Positions 1 through 9,022 of a DNA stretch of 40,000 bases are shown here, piece by piece. Where the stretch lies: NCBI RefSeq assembly GCF_001648895.1, contig NZ_LXUF01000001.1, positions 1,059,726 through 1,099,725 on the forward strand, written 5' to 3'. This stretch comes from Methylovorus sp. MM2 (GTDB lineage: Bacteria > Pseudomonadota > Gammaproteobacteria > Burkholderiales > Methylophilaceae). The position numbers and the translations under genes are program-made. How positions within the stretch are numbered: position 1 is the stretch's first letter; each line of letters opens with the position of its first letter. The notes under the pieces were generated by a model, which was not told where the DNA came from, did not search any database, and saw only the letters and a program-made list of their open reading frames with translations.

Positions 1-250
1 TATCGTAAAGCTGCACATCGAGGAGTGAAAAGTGTGGGTTTAATCCGTCCCAGCTCGCATCGATATTGCCTATCGTGACTTTTTGCCCGGCTGCAATACT
101 GGCTTCATGCGCGATTTGGTCTTTGTATTGATCGATGTTGGGCAGTATCAGGTAGCGTAGCGACAAGACCGAGATAGCGAGAACGATAATGATCGTCCAC
201 AAGGTGACTAATGTGGCACGATAGAACCAGAGGAGAGACTTTTTGACCAT
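1..250 (-). CDS. N-terminal part of a large YhdP/AsmA-like (DUF3971/TIGR02099-type) membrane protein; the gene runs off the left edge
   Basis: Absent from the ORF track because it has no stop codon in the window. The reverse strand from the ATG at 250..248 reads MVKKSLLWFYRATLVTLWTIIIVLAISVLSLRYLILPNIDQYKDQIAHEASIAAGQKVTIGNIDASWDGLNPHFSLLDVQLYD. This is one N-terminal TM helix followed by the IG.I...W.G..P...L.DV.L pattern I associate with YhdP-family N-termini. Confidence 0.5.
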   Translation of the reverse strand, partial: MVKKSLLWFYRATLVTLWTIIIVLAISVLSLRYLILPNIDQYKDQIAHEASIAAGQKVTIGNIDASWDGLNPHFSLLDVQLYD

Positions 251-489
251 ATTTTCTAATTGTTATGCCAAACGTTTTGGCATGATGGGCGAGAGGGTTC
301 GCCCTATATACATACACAGTTACATACACACCGGAGTATTTCATTACCTCACTGGTTGGTCAACGTTTAGAAGCAGAAAGTTCGTTAATTTAGCCTGCCA
401 AATGCTTTAGAATGTCAGTCGTTGTAAATATAGCAATTTTTCATGCGTGACCAGTCGATAATGTTGGTCATTGCATAGCAGAGGCAAGC

Positions 490-2391
490 TTGATCCAGTT
501 TAAAAATCTTACTTTGACGCGCGGTATAAAAGTGCTTGTCGAAGGCGCGTCATTCCAATTACATCCCGGACATAAAGTTGGCCTGACCGGTGCCAATGGC
601 GCGGGGAAATCGAGTCTTTTTTCCATGTTGCGTGGTGAGCTGCAACCTGAGATCGGTGATCTTGATATTCCATCACATTGGGTGATAGCGCATGTGGCGC
701 AAGAAACACCAGCATTGGCAGATGCGGCGATTGAATTCGTGCTGGATGGGGATAGCGAATTACGCAGTATCGAGCATGCATTAGTGCTTGCCGAGGCAGA
801 AAACAAGGGCGAAGTAGTCGCGGAGTTGCACGCGCGCTTGGGCGAGGTCGATGGATACTCTGCGAAGGCGAGGGCTGCCGCTTTGTTGTCTGGTTTGGGT
901 TTTACTCATACCGATATGACGAGACCTGTGTCTGATTTTTCCGGTGGATGGCGTGTCAGGCTTAATCTGGCGCGTGCATTGATGTGTCGCTCTGACCTAT
1001 TGCTTTTAGATGAGCCGACCAATCACTTGGATCTCGACGCGGTGATCTGGCTTGAAAGCTGGTTGAAAGATTATCGCGGAACATTACTTTTGATATCGCA
1101 TGACCGTGACTTTTTGGATGAAGTCATTAACCATATTGCGCATATTGAACAACAACGTTTAACTTTATATCGTGGTGGCTATAGCGATTTTGAGCGCCAA
1201 CGCGCAGAAAAACTGGCGCAGCAGCAATCGCTTTATGAGCGGCAACAGCGTGATGTGGCCCATCTGCAGAAATACATAGACCGCTTTCGTGCGCAGGCAA
1301 CGAAAGCCAGACAGGCGCAAAGTCGCATCAAAGCGCTGGAGCGGATGGAGCTGATTAGTGCTGCGCATGTAGATAGTCCGTTTGGATTTAGTTTTAAAGC
1401 ACCGCTCTCTGCCCCAGACCCACTATTGGTGCTAGATGATGTGGATGCTGGCTACGGTGACCAACCAGTATTAAAAGACATCGCCCTCACTATCCGCCCA
1501 GGGGAGCGGCTTGGATTACTTGGACGTAACGGTGCAGGCAAGTCTACATTGGTCAAATTGTTGGCAGACGAATTGAAACCGATGACCGGCAAGCGTGTGG
1601 AAGGTAAAGACCTGAAAATAGGATACTTTGCCCAACATCAGCTTGAACAGCTACGCCCAGAAGAATCACCTTTGCAACACATGCTGCGTCTTGACCCACA
1701 AACGCGCGAGCAGGAGCATCGCAATTATCTCGGTGGATTCGATTTCCGTGGCGATATGGTGACAAGTCCTTGTGCGCCATTCTCTGGGGGTGAAAAATCC
1801 CGTTTAGCGCTGGCATTGTTGATATGGACACGGCCGAATCTGTTACTGCTAGATGAGCCGACCAACCATTTAGACCTAGAAATGCGGCATGCGCTGACAT
1901 TGGCGTTACAGGAATACGAAGGCTGTGTAGTGCTGGTATCACACGATAGAGCCTTATTGCGAGCGAGTTGCGATAAATTCGTTCTGGTCGCAGATGGCGC
2001 AGCCAAGGTCTTTGATGGTGATCTTGATGATTACAGTAGCTGGCTTGCAGAGCAACGCAGTAAAGAAAAAACGCAGGAAACAACATCGAATCCGACAGTG
2101 CAAAAGAATGATCGCGCGCAAAATAAGGCAGACCGTCAGGCACGCCAAGCCGAACGCAGGCCGTTAGTGAAAGAGATTGAGCAGCTGGAGAGTAAGATGG
2201 CTATGCTGAACGATCAAAAGAGCCGGTGCGATGAACGTTTAGCCAGCCCTGAATTATACGAATCACAAGATAAGGCAGAGTTGCAGCAACTGCTAAAAAA
2301 ACAGGCCGAATTAGCACAAGCATTGGAGCAGGCCGAAGATAGCTGGTTGCATATTCAGGAGCAGTTGGAAGCATTGCCACTTATCAATTAA
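490..2391 (+). CDS. yheS: ABC-F family ATPase (two ABC domains, no TM domain), YheS-like
   Basis: 633 aa with a TTG start. Two Walker A motifs (GANGAGKSS, GRNGAGKST), two signature/Walker B regions (FSGGWRVRLNLA..LLLLDEPTNHLD and FSGGEKSRLALA..LLLLDEPTNHLD) and a coiled-coil C-terminus. It is collinear with E. coli YheS as I remember that sequence. Confidence 0.9.
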   Translation: MIQFKNLTLTRGIKVLVEGASFQLHPGHKVGLTGANGAGKSSLFSMLRGELQPEIGDLDIPSHWVIAHVAQETPALADAAIEFVLDGDSELRSIEHALVLAEAENKGEVVAELHARLGEVDGYSAKARAAALLSGLGFTHTDMTRPVSDFSGGWRVRLNLARALMCRSDLLLLDEPTNHLDLDAVIWLESWLKDYRGTLLLISHDRDFLDEVINHIAHIEQQRLTLYRGGYSDFERQRAEKLAQQQSLYERQQRDVAHLQKYIDRFRAQATKARQAQSRIKALERMELISAAHVDSPFGFSFKAPLSAPDPLLVLDDVDAGYGDQPVLKDIALTIRPGERLGLLGRNGAGKSTLVKLLADELKPMTGKRVEGKDLKIGYFAQHQLEQLRPEESPLQHMLRLDPQTREQEHRNYLGGFDFRGDMVTSPCAPFSGGEKSRLALALLIWTRPNLLLLDEPTNHLDLEMRHALTLALQEYEGCVVLVSHDRALLRASCDKFVLVADGAAKVFDGDLDDYSSWLAEQRSKEKTQETTSNPTVQKNDRAQNKADRQARQAERRPLVKEIEQLESKMAMLNDQKSRCDERLASPELYESQDKAELQQLLKKQAELAQALEQAEDSWLHIQEQLEALPLIN

Positions 2392-2437
2392 CTCGCCTCA
2401 ATTAATTATTGCCAATTCAAATATCGCTGGAAACCTT

Positions 2438-3001
2438 ATGGACATGACTTATTCGCAACGCCTTTCTTTTCTCTATGCGCTTAGCTTTAATGAGCTAAGG
2501 CAGTCGCAAGGAGATCAGCCAAATACTGATCTTGATGACTATGCGCCGCTCGATGCGGCTACCTACCTCGCTTGTTATATCACTTTCAAGGCGATCCAGC
2601 AGGCAGAGCGCTCACCAGCGGATGAACGTATAGAGAATTTTGACATGCTGAGTGTCTATCAGGCCTATGCGATGCTGGTATATACCTACCTGACCTTGCC
2701 TTTGGGTGAAGAGGGCATTGAGCCGGAATTCGATCAGGCGGCGATTACGATTGCCAAATCATTATTCTCTGCATTATCGAATGAAGAGTTAGTCGAGATC
2801 GTCGAATCTGGTAACCGTAAATATCAATTGATTGGCGATGCAGAGCAAGAGCATTGGATGGATTATCGCGAGGATCTGGATAAAACAGTCGTCGCATTTA
2901 TCGTGGCGGGGACGGATGAGAATGCACCATTCGACCAAGATGACATTATTCCGTTATTAGGTGCTTTACTGAGCATGTTGTGTGAGGCTTTTTCCAGCTA
3001 G
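2438..3001 (+). CDS. hypothetical acidic cytoplasmic protein
   Basis: 187-aa ORF that fills the gap between its neighbours. No motif I recognise. Confidence 0.5.
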   Translation: MDMTYSQRLSFLYALSFNELRQSQGDQPNTDLDDYAPLDAATYLACYITFKAIQQAERSPADERIENFDMLSVYQAYAMLVYTYLTLPLGEEGIEPEFDQAAITIAKSLFSALSNEELVEIVESGNRKYQLIGDAEQEHWMDYREDLDKTVVAFIVAGTDENAPFDQDDIIPLLGALLSMLCEAFSS

Positions 3002-3056
3002 CACAGGCTGGTCGAATCATTCGACGCAGTCTGTACATGCTAGCTTATCTTATAGC

Positions 3057-3656
3057 TTAAACTGACTCGGAGATGGTACTTAATGTCGTGCTGTTATCTC
3101 CATAAGCTGCAATCAATTTCTTAAGGATTTCCGCCAGATTGCTGGATGAAGCTTCGCTGGTATTGTTGCTTTCTTCCTGTTTATCCTTGTATGCGATTGC
3201 TTCCTCAGCATTCACTTTGCCATCCTTGTTCGTATCTGCCGCTTCAAAGTTCTCCGCCAGTGTGCTCATCAGGTCTGATAATTTTGAGTCGTCAGTGGTG
3301 GAGGCGATGCTACTCAATTCATCCTGTGTGTAACCTTCATCCTCTCCATCAGCCGGAGGTGGGGGAGGTGGTGGCATTGCACCTTGCATGCGCATACTAT
3401 CGTACTGGCTATTCAGTTGCCCTACCAAGCTCTCAAGGCCACTAGACATCTCATCTTCAGTGACTTTGCCGTCACTATCACTATCCAGCGTATTGAATAA
3501 CTCGCTGACATCTACATCGGTACCAGAGTCACTAAGACTATCAAGGGCGCTCTGTAGTGTTGTGGAATCGATATAGCCTTTATTTGACGTATCCAGTTTT
3601 GAGAATATCGAACTTGCAGTCTGGGAGATACTGCTTGAAGTGGCACTTATCATCAT
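3057..3656 (-). CDS. EF-hand calcium-binding domain protein with a central poly-proline linker
   Basis: Canonical 12-residue EF loops DSDSDGKVTEDE and DTNKDGKVNAEE, plus a degenerate loop DTSNKGYIDSTT. Contains a run of 9 prolines (MPPPPPPPPADGEDEG). Strong SD (taaggagt) immediately upstream of the ATG. No signal peptide is visible. Confidence 0.75.
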   Translation of the reverse strand: MMISATSSSISQTASSIFSKLDTSNKGYIDSTTLQSALDSLSDSGTDVDVSELFNTLDSDSDGKVTEDEMSSGLESLVGQLNSQYDSMRMQGAMPPPPPPPADGEDEGYTQDELSSIASTTDDSKLSDLMSTLAENFEAADTNKDGKVNAEEAIAYKDKQEESNNTSEASSSNLAEILKKLIAAYGDNSTTLSTISESV

Positions 3657-3737
3657 GACTCCTTACATTCGTTAAAGTTTAATTAAGTTACTTGATCTAT
3701 TATCGACACCCTATGAATGGAATTTCTACTACATGGT

Positions 3738-3762
3738 GTAAAGATGCGTAAAGCTATGTAAA
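3738..3762. promoter_or_regulatory. three GTAAA pentamers at 10-bp phasing (candidate CpxR-type operator) upstream of the EF-hand gene
   Basis: GTAAAgatgcGTAAAgctatGTAAA read directly at 3738-3742, 3748-3752 and 3758-3762, about 80-105 bp upstream of the EF-hand start (3656). Matches the published E. coli CpxR consensus GTAAA-N5-GTAAA. Confidence 0.4.
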
Positions 3763-3785
3763 GACGATTTATTGCCGGATAAAAT

Positions 3786-3825
3786 GGAAAAGCGCCATCA
3801 GTAAAGGTGCTGATGGCGCTTTTCC
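3786..3825 (-). terminator. rho-independent terminator after the CpxP/Spy-like gene
   Basis: Perfect 16-bp stem (ggaaaagcgccatcag / ctgatggcgcttttcc) with an 8-nt loop. It is followed on the minus strand by ATTTTAT and lies 40 bp downstream of the stop at 3865. Confidence 0.7.
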
Positions 3826-3864
3826 AAGAGACCAATATGTCGCTGGTTTGTCGATGACCTATGA

Positions 3865-4443
3865 TTAAGCTTTAATGAACTTGCCTGTATGGAGCGATGG
3901 CAGTTTAAAGTTAACCGGCCGGTCATTTTTACGTTGATCTGGACCATTGTGATCTGAACCATGGTGATCAGGTCGCTTGTCCTTAAGCTCCAGCGCTTTG
4001 CTACGCTGGTCAGGCGTTAATAAGCTGAATATCTTGTATTCGGTCACTGTGCGATTAAGCACAGCTTCTTTGGTTAACGCAGCAAGCTTATCAGCAAGCT
4101 GCTGTGCTTTTTTTTCATCAAAAGTAGCAGAGCGTGTTAATCCTGCAAGTTCATCCATGGCTTTGCGTTTCTGCTTTTCGTTGTCGCGCATGATGGGTAC
4201 CTGTGCATATACCATCGCGAATACCTTATCTTCTTGCGCTTCACTCAAGGCGATGTCTCTAAGGTAGGGAGGGAGCCTTGGTTTATCGTCAAACTGTGGG
4301 GGCATTGGGCGATGCTCATCGCAATGGGGCGGTGGATTGCCACCAAGCTCGCCGCGTGGGCCTGGTTCGGCTTGTGCTATCGCAGGCAAGACAAGTATCA
4401 GTTGGCTGATGATGAACAAGCTTTTGAGTGATGGTGTTTTCAT
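3865..4443 (-). CDS. periplasmic Spy/CpxP-family (LTXXQ motif) protein
   Basis: Signal peptide MKTPSLKSLFIISQLILVLPAIAQA. LTXXQ-type motifs (LLTPDQRSK, ALSEAQEDK) and a helical, charged body. Divergent from a CpxR/CpxA-like pair, as cpxP is in E. coli. Confidence 0.7.
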   Translation of the reverse strand: MKTPSLKSLFIISQLILVLPAIAQAEPGPRGELGGNPPPHCDEHRPMPPQFDDKPRLPPYLRDIALSEAQEDKVFAMVYAQVPIMRDNEKQKRKAMDELAGLTRSATFDEKKAQQLADKLAALTKEAVLNRTVTEYKIFSLLTPDQRSKALELKDKRPDHHGSDHNGPDQRKNDRPVNFKLPSLHTGKFIKA

Positions 4444-4554
4444 CTTGTATCCTTTACTGTTAAGGTGATTCTATTGTTAGTGTGATTCGTTATCACCTTC
4501 AGAGATGGCTCATCTGGCGGTTAAGCAAGCAACCCTATTTTGGTCTTTCCGCCT

Positions 4555-4590
4555 GTAAATTGCTGTTAAGGCAAAGTAAAGTTACGTAAA
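4555..4590. promoter_or_regulatory. tandem CpxR-type boxes in the divergent intergenic region
   Basis: GTAAAttgctGTTAA (4555-4569) followed by a perfect GTAAAgttacGTAAA (4576-4590). The site lies between the CpxP-like start (4443) and the response regulator start (4665). Confidence 0.5.
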
Positions 4591-4664
4591 TTCAGCACCA
4601 ATTAGTTGTAAGGGCAATATGAGAGTAGATATGATTCACTCATCGAAAATCCAGATGGTCCCCT

Positions 4665-5345
4665 ATGGCTAAAGTCTTATTAATTGATGATGATGTTGAG
4701 CTTGTCAGCTTGCTGAAAGAATACCTTGTGCGTGAAGGGTTTGAAGTAGACCTTGCTCATGATGGCGAGGCTGGTGCAACACTAGCACTCAGCGGTCAGT
4801 ATGCATTGATCGTGCTGGATGTGATGATGCCGAAATTGAATGGTATTGAAGTGCTACGCCGCATCCGTGCGCAAAGTAGCATTCCAGTATTGATGTTGAC
4901 TGCAAAAGGCGATGATGATCACCGCATTAGTGGTCTGGAGTTGGGTGCAGATGATTATGTGCCTAAACCATGCCAGCCACGTGAGCTTGTTGCACGTATC
5001 CGTGCGATATTGCGTCGACTTGCCCCTTCTGATGATGAGCCCGTGCAGATATCTGTGGGCGAGCTATCCATCTGGCCTGAGCGCCGGCTCGCTGAGTGGG
5101 CGGGCATTAATATGGAGCTAACCAGTACCGAGTACAACCTGCTTGAAGTGCTGGTGCGTCAGGCAGGACGTGTCGTCAGCAAAAATGACCTCTCAACGCT
5201 TGGTTTAGGTAGACCGCTGGCCCGGTTTGACCGCAGCATTGATGTTCACTTAAGTAGTATTCGCCAAAAGATCGCCGCATTAGCGGATGGCCATCAATGT
5301 ATCCAGACCGTCTATCGCATGGGTTACCAGTTGGTTAAAGAGTAA
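4665..5345 (+). CDS. OmpR/PhoB-family response regulator (CpxR-like)
   Basis: Receiver domain (LLIDDD.., LIVLDVMMPKLNG, LMLTAKG) plus a winged-helix C-terminus (LTSTEYNLLEVLVRQAGRVVSKNDL..VDVHLSSIRQKI..IQTVYRMGYQL). Confidence 0.9.
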   Translation: MAKVLLIDDDVELVSLLKEYLVREGFEVDLAHDGEAGATLALSGQYALIVLDVMMPKLNGIEVLRRIRAQSSIPVLMLTAKGDDDHRISGLELGADDYVPKPCQPRELVARIRAILRRLAPSDDEPVQISVGELSIWPERRLAEWAGINMELTSTEYNLLEVLVRQAGRVVSKNDLSTLGLGRPLARFDRSIDVHLSSIRQKIAALADGHQCIQTVYRMGYQLVKE

Positions 5346-5348
5346 TAT

Positions 5349-6779
5349 ATGGGTCGGTTGTTCTGGAAGTTCTTCTTCTTCTTTTCGTTTGCGCAGATCA
5401 CTTCGATCATTGCTGTTAGTTTTATATTCTGGTTGAACAGTCCCGTGCCGTCTGCACATAATGTTGCTATCGAAGACAGCCCGCCAGCGCGAATGATGGT
5501 CGATGCTGCTACCGAGACTTTAAGGTTTGGCGGTGAATCAGCGTTAAAAAGTCTCTTGACTCAATGGGCTAATGAACCTAGACCGCAGGTATATGCGGTT
5601 GATGCTACAGGTAAAGAAATACTCAAGCGTAGCGTGACGCCTACTGTACTTCACGCGCTTGGTGAAATTGAAGACCCACGCGCTGTGCAGAATGTAAAAA
5701 TTGATACAGGTGGTGAATATACTTTATTTGTTCCATCTAGAAATGCGGGTATCGCTGAGATGGATTCGCCACCTAGCGCTGAGACAGCCCCGCCTAATTT
5801 TAATAGTGCAGAAGTGCGTGGAGAACAGCCTCGTCCTAGGCATCGCATATTTCCATTTTTGCCTATGTATGTCGGCTTGGTGGCGAGTCTGATATTTGCA
5901 GGTCTACTAGCCTGGTATTTCTCGAAGCCGATCAAAATACTTCGCCGCGCATTTGAGCAGGCAGCAGGTGGCGACTTGAAAGCAACGGTAAGCACGGCAA
6001 TGGGTGCACGTCGAGATGAGCTTGCCGATCTTGGCCATGGCTTTGACCAGATGACGGCGCAACTGGATGCGCTGATATTGGGGCAGAAAAGATTGCTGCA
6101 CTACGTATCTCATGAGCTGAGATCGCCACTTGCAAGATTACAGGTGGCGATTGGTTTGGCTAAACAAACACCAGAAAAGCAAAGCCCTGAACATCTGGAA
6201 TCCACGCTTGATCGTATCGAGCTGGAGTCTATGCGGATGGATACGCTTTTAGGTGAGGTGTTGGAGCTCTCAAGGCTAGAATCGGGCGTGATGAGCCTGA
6301 AGAAAGAGCGCGTTTTACTGAATGACCTGCTGGCTACGGTGGTGGATGATGCCCGTTTTGAAGCGAATGCAAAACAGGTTGATATCGCCTATATAGAAGA
6401 TGCCCACTATGAGCTGGATGCGCAGCCAGACCTGCTTTACCGTGCGATTGAAAATGTGGTGCGTAATGCGATCAAATATAGCCCCCCTAACAGTCGTGTG
6501 GTGGTCGAGACGCTGGCGAATGAGCAACTTAACCAGCTTCAGCTGATCATCTCTGACCAAGGAATTGGTATTCCAGAGACTGAGTTAGCCGATATTTTCA
6601 AGCCGTTCTATCGGGCAAGCAGTTCAGATGCTAGTGTGACGGGGCATGGCATGGGGCTTGCAATTTCCAGGCATATTATTGAAATGCATGGCGGCGCTAT
6701 CTTGCTGAGCAACCGTGCAACAGGGGGGTTGCGGGTCAATATCTCATTAGGTTACGCGGCAAGGCATGCATTAAGCTAG
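5349..6779 (+). CDS. sensor histidine kinase (two TM helices, HAMP, HisKA, HATPase_c), CpxA-like
   Basis: H-box YVSHELRSPLARL, N-box VVRNAIKYSP, G-boxes DQGIGI and GHGMGLAI. Begins 4 bp after the response regulator stop. Confidence 0.85.
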   Translation: MGRLFWKFFFFFSFAQITSIIAVSFIFWLNSPVPSAHNVAIEDSPPARMMVDAATETLRFGGESALKSLLTQWANEPRPQVYAVDATGKEILKRSVTPTVLHALGEIEDPRAVQNVKIDTGGEYTLFVPSRNAGIAEMDSPPSAETAPPNFNSAEVRGEQPRPRHRIFPFLPMYVGLVASLIFAGLLAWYFSKPIKILRRAFEQAAGGDLKATVSTAMGARRDELADLGHGFDQMTAQLDALILGQKRLLHYVSHELRSPLARLQVAIGLAKQTPEKQSPEHLESTLDRIELESMRMDTLLGEVLELSRLESGVMSLKKERVLLNDLLATVVDDARFEANAKQVDIAYIEDAHYELDAQPDLLYRAIENVVRNAIKYSPPNSRVVVETLANEQLNQLQLIISDQGIGIPETELADIFKPFYRASSSDASVTGHGMGLAISRHIIEMHGGAILLSNRATGGLRVNISLGYAARHALS

Positions 6780-6780
6780 G

Positions 6781-7185
6781 CTAATCTGCAATCTCGCCAT
6801 CGATATATAACCACTGTTCATTTTGTTTGATGAATCTGCTGATTTCATGCAGTTTATGTGCTTTACCATTGAGTTTATAGCTAGCGATAAACTCTACGAT
6901 AGCCGTACTGCTATCCAATACTTCATGGCATTTTACTTTCAATCCGATCCATCGCGTGGTTTTCGCATCATTGGTTAAATCTAGTGAAGCAGGGCGCGTA
7001 TCCGCATGCCATGTACGTAAAAGATAGGCTTCCAGCCCTAATACATAGGCCGAATAACGTGAGCGCATCAATTGCTCTGCTGTTGTAGTGAGTTCATCTT
7101 CGTGCAAGGGCTTGCAGCATGCAGCGTAAGGCTTGCTACTTTCGCAATAGCAGGGGAGTTGAGCCGACTGTGGTTTCTTTTTCAT
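6781..7185 (-). CDS. YchJ-family (UPF0225, SEC-C-like motif) protein
   Basis: Cys cluster LPCYCESSKPYAACCKPLH followed by LMRSRYSAYV. I place the start at the internal ATG (7185, MKKKPQSAQLPCYC), which removes the overlap with the upstream ORF. The track's longer form starts at 7281. Confidence 0.7.
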   Translation of the reverse strand: MKKKPQSAQLPCYCESSKPYAACCKPLHEDELTTTAEQLMRSRYSAYVLGLEAYLLRTWHADTRPASLDLTNDAKTTRWIGLKVKCHEVLDSSTAIVEFIASYKLNGKAHKLHEISRFIKQNEQWLYIDGEIAD

Positions 7186-7234
7186 CGATTTGTGGATGTG
7201 ATGTAGCTTGACGATCATTTTACCAGCAAGTACT

Positions 7235-7747
7235 TCATGCCTGAGGTCTCGGTGGTGATTCTGTGATGATGGTTTGTACATGCTCCATCAATTCGCTGGC
7301 TAATAATCGCCCTGATTTTGATTCGCGCATCGCCATATGCCATTGAGACACGCATGCTTTGATCTCAATATGATTGGCCGCATCGAGTATATCTTTTTTG
7401 ATACTTCTGCCCATGATACCTAAGTGTTCATCAGCGCTGGAAGCCACGATGTGTTTGATGTTTTCCATCTGCGCATTATCAAGATGGATATCTGGTTCTG
7501 GCGGGAGTATTTGGGCGATGGGTTCTGCATGCGGTAAGACGATGTCTTCTGTGCGCTTGATATATCCAAGACTTTCCAGCGCTTGGGCAATAGAAGCCAC
7601 ATCAGATGTTTTCAGGTAGTTTTCCAGATGCTCAAGCGTGCGTTGACCATCGATCAATATCAAAACTTGCCGTTGCCTGGCATTTAAAGTGCGTTTGGCC
7701 GCAGATATCTCTGCGAGTCCCATATCTGATTTTTTGTAGATGACCAA
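7235..7747 (-). CDS. hypothetical protein
   Basis: 170-aa ORF with a TTG start at 7747. An ATG at 7723 (MGLAEISAAKR) is the more likely start. No recognisable motif. Confidence 0.45.
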   Translation of the reverse strand: MVIYKKSDMGLAEISAAKRTLNARQRQVLILIDGQRTLEHLENYLKTSDVASIAQALESLGYIKRTEDIVLPHAEPIAQILPPEPDIHLDNAQMENIKHIVASSADEHLGIMGRSIKKDILDAANHIEIKACVSQWHMAMRESKSGRLLASELMEHVQTIITESPPRPQA

Positions 7748-7867
7748 AGTGTATATTCATTTGAATAACGAATTGAATAGCACACTAATCTTGGATTGTT
7801 GCAGGAGTGTGCAAATCTCAGATTTTCGAGATCACATTTTATTTAAAGTATGTTTGATTACAGAGTA

Positions 7868-7903
7868 CGAGGGAAGTCGATATCAGGATAATGACTTCCC
7901 TCG
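7868..7903 (-). terminator. hairpin downstream of the aldo/keto reductase gene (possible terminator)
   Basis: Perfect 11-bp stem cgagggaagtc / gacttccctcg with a 14-nt loop, 18 bp after the stop at 7921. No clear U-tract follows, hence the low confidence. Confidence 0.3.
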
Positions 7904-7920
7904 GGGATAGAAAAAGCTAT

Positions 7921-8952
7921 TTACCAAGCGGTAGGTTTGGGATTACGTTCATTGAAATCCTTTTGATGCCAGTACGGATAGATAGGTGTCTTGTGGCTGG
8001 CTTTGTCAAGAATCGCAATCTGCTCCGTTGTAAGATTCCAGCCGATAGCGCCGAGATTCTGCTTAAGTTGCTCTTCATTACGTGCGCCTATCACGATATT
8101 TGAGACAGTCGGGCGTTGCAATAGCCAGTTCAAAGCCACTTGCGGAATCGTTTTACCGGTTTCTTTTGAAATCAGGTCTAAGGCATCTACCACGGTATAG
8201 AGATATTCATCATCGACAATCGGGCCACCCGGTGCACCGCCTGATTTAATGCGGCCATCAGGTAGCTCCTGATCACGACGGATCTTGCCTGTTAGGCGTC
8301 CCCATCCCAGCGGGCTCCACACCATTAAACCTACACCTTGATCGACACCTAGTGGCATTAACTCCCACTCATAATCGCGTCCGATCAGTGAATAATAGCC
8401 TTGATAGACCACATAGCGGGCAAGGCCGTATTTCTCTGAGGTGGCGAGAGATTTCATCAAGTGCCAGCCAGAAAAGTTTGAGGCACCGATATAACCAATC
8501 TTGCCGCTCGAAATGAGATCATCCAGCGCACGTAATGTTTCATCTACTGGCGTCAGCGCATCGAAGCCATGCATAAAATACAGGTCAATATAGTCTGTGC
8601 CTAAACGTTTTAAACTGGCTTCACAGGCGCGAATGATATGGTGACGTGAAGAGCCCTTGTCATTTGGGCTATCACCCATGGTAAAAGTACCTTTGGTGGA
8701 AATTAGGACTTTATCGCGTCGGCCTTTGATCGCTTGGCCTAAAATCTCTTCAGAGGCACCTCTGGAGTACACGTCAGCGGTATCAAAGAAATTAACACCT
8801 GAGTCTATGCAGAGATCCACCATACGGCTTGCCTCAGCAACGTCCGTCTCACCCCATTTTTTAAAGAACTCATTGGTGCCACCAAAAGTTGCAGTGCCAA
8901 AACTGAGTGCCGGTACTTTTAATCCAGAACGTCCAAGTTGCCTGTATTCCAT
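7921..8952 (-). CDS. aldo/keto reductase family oxidoreductase
   Basis: N-terminus MEYRQLGRSGLKVPALSFGTATFGG, ..FFDTADVYS.., ..LGTDYIDLYFMH.., ..IGASNFSGW... These match AKR signature positions along the full length. Confidence 0.9.
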   Translation of the reverse strand: MEYRQLGRSGLKVPALSFGTATFGGTNEFFKKWGETDVAEASRMVDLCIDSGVNFFDTADVYSRGASEEILGQAIKGRRDKVLISTKGTFTMGDSPNDKGSSRHHIIRACEASLKRLGTDYIDLYFMHGFDALTPVDETLRALDDLISSGKIGYIGASNFSGWHLMKSLATSEKYGLARYVVYQGYYSLIGRDYEWELMPLGVDQGVGLMVWSPLGWGRLTGKIRRDQELPDGRIKSGGAPGGPIVDDEYLYTVVDALDLISKETGKTIPQVALNWLLQRPTVSNIVIGARNEEQLKQNLGAIGWNLTTEQIAILDKASHKTPIYPYWHQKDFNERNPKPTAW

Positions 8953-9022
8953 ATGAGACTCTCCTTAAACTAGCGTTTGTTTGTGATATCACTCAATGCA
9001 AAAGAACGTTGTTGGATACCGA

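Noticed and set aside
105-344. 79-aa minus-strand ORF from the track
   Set aside because: It overlaps, in a different frame, the much more convincing YhdP-like N-terminus (1..250). Its sequence is low-complexity and lacks any motif, so it is likely a shadow ORF.
3004-3036. Imperfect hairpin between the convergent hypothetical gene (2438..3001) and the EF-hand gene
   Set aside because: The stem has a bulge and neither strand has a U-tract. It may be a bidirectional terminator, but the evidence is insufficient to report it.
3057-3656. EF-hand protein as a lanmodulin-like lanthanide binder
   Set aside because: The EF loops lack the proline at loop position 2 characteristic of lanmodulin. There are only two canonical loops rather than four, and the architecture with a poly-proline linker differs.
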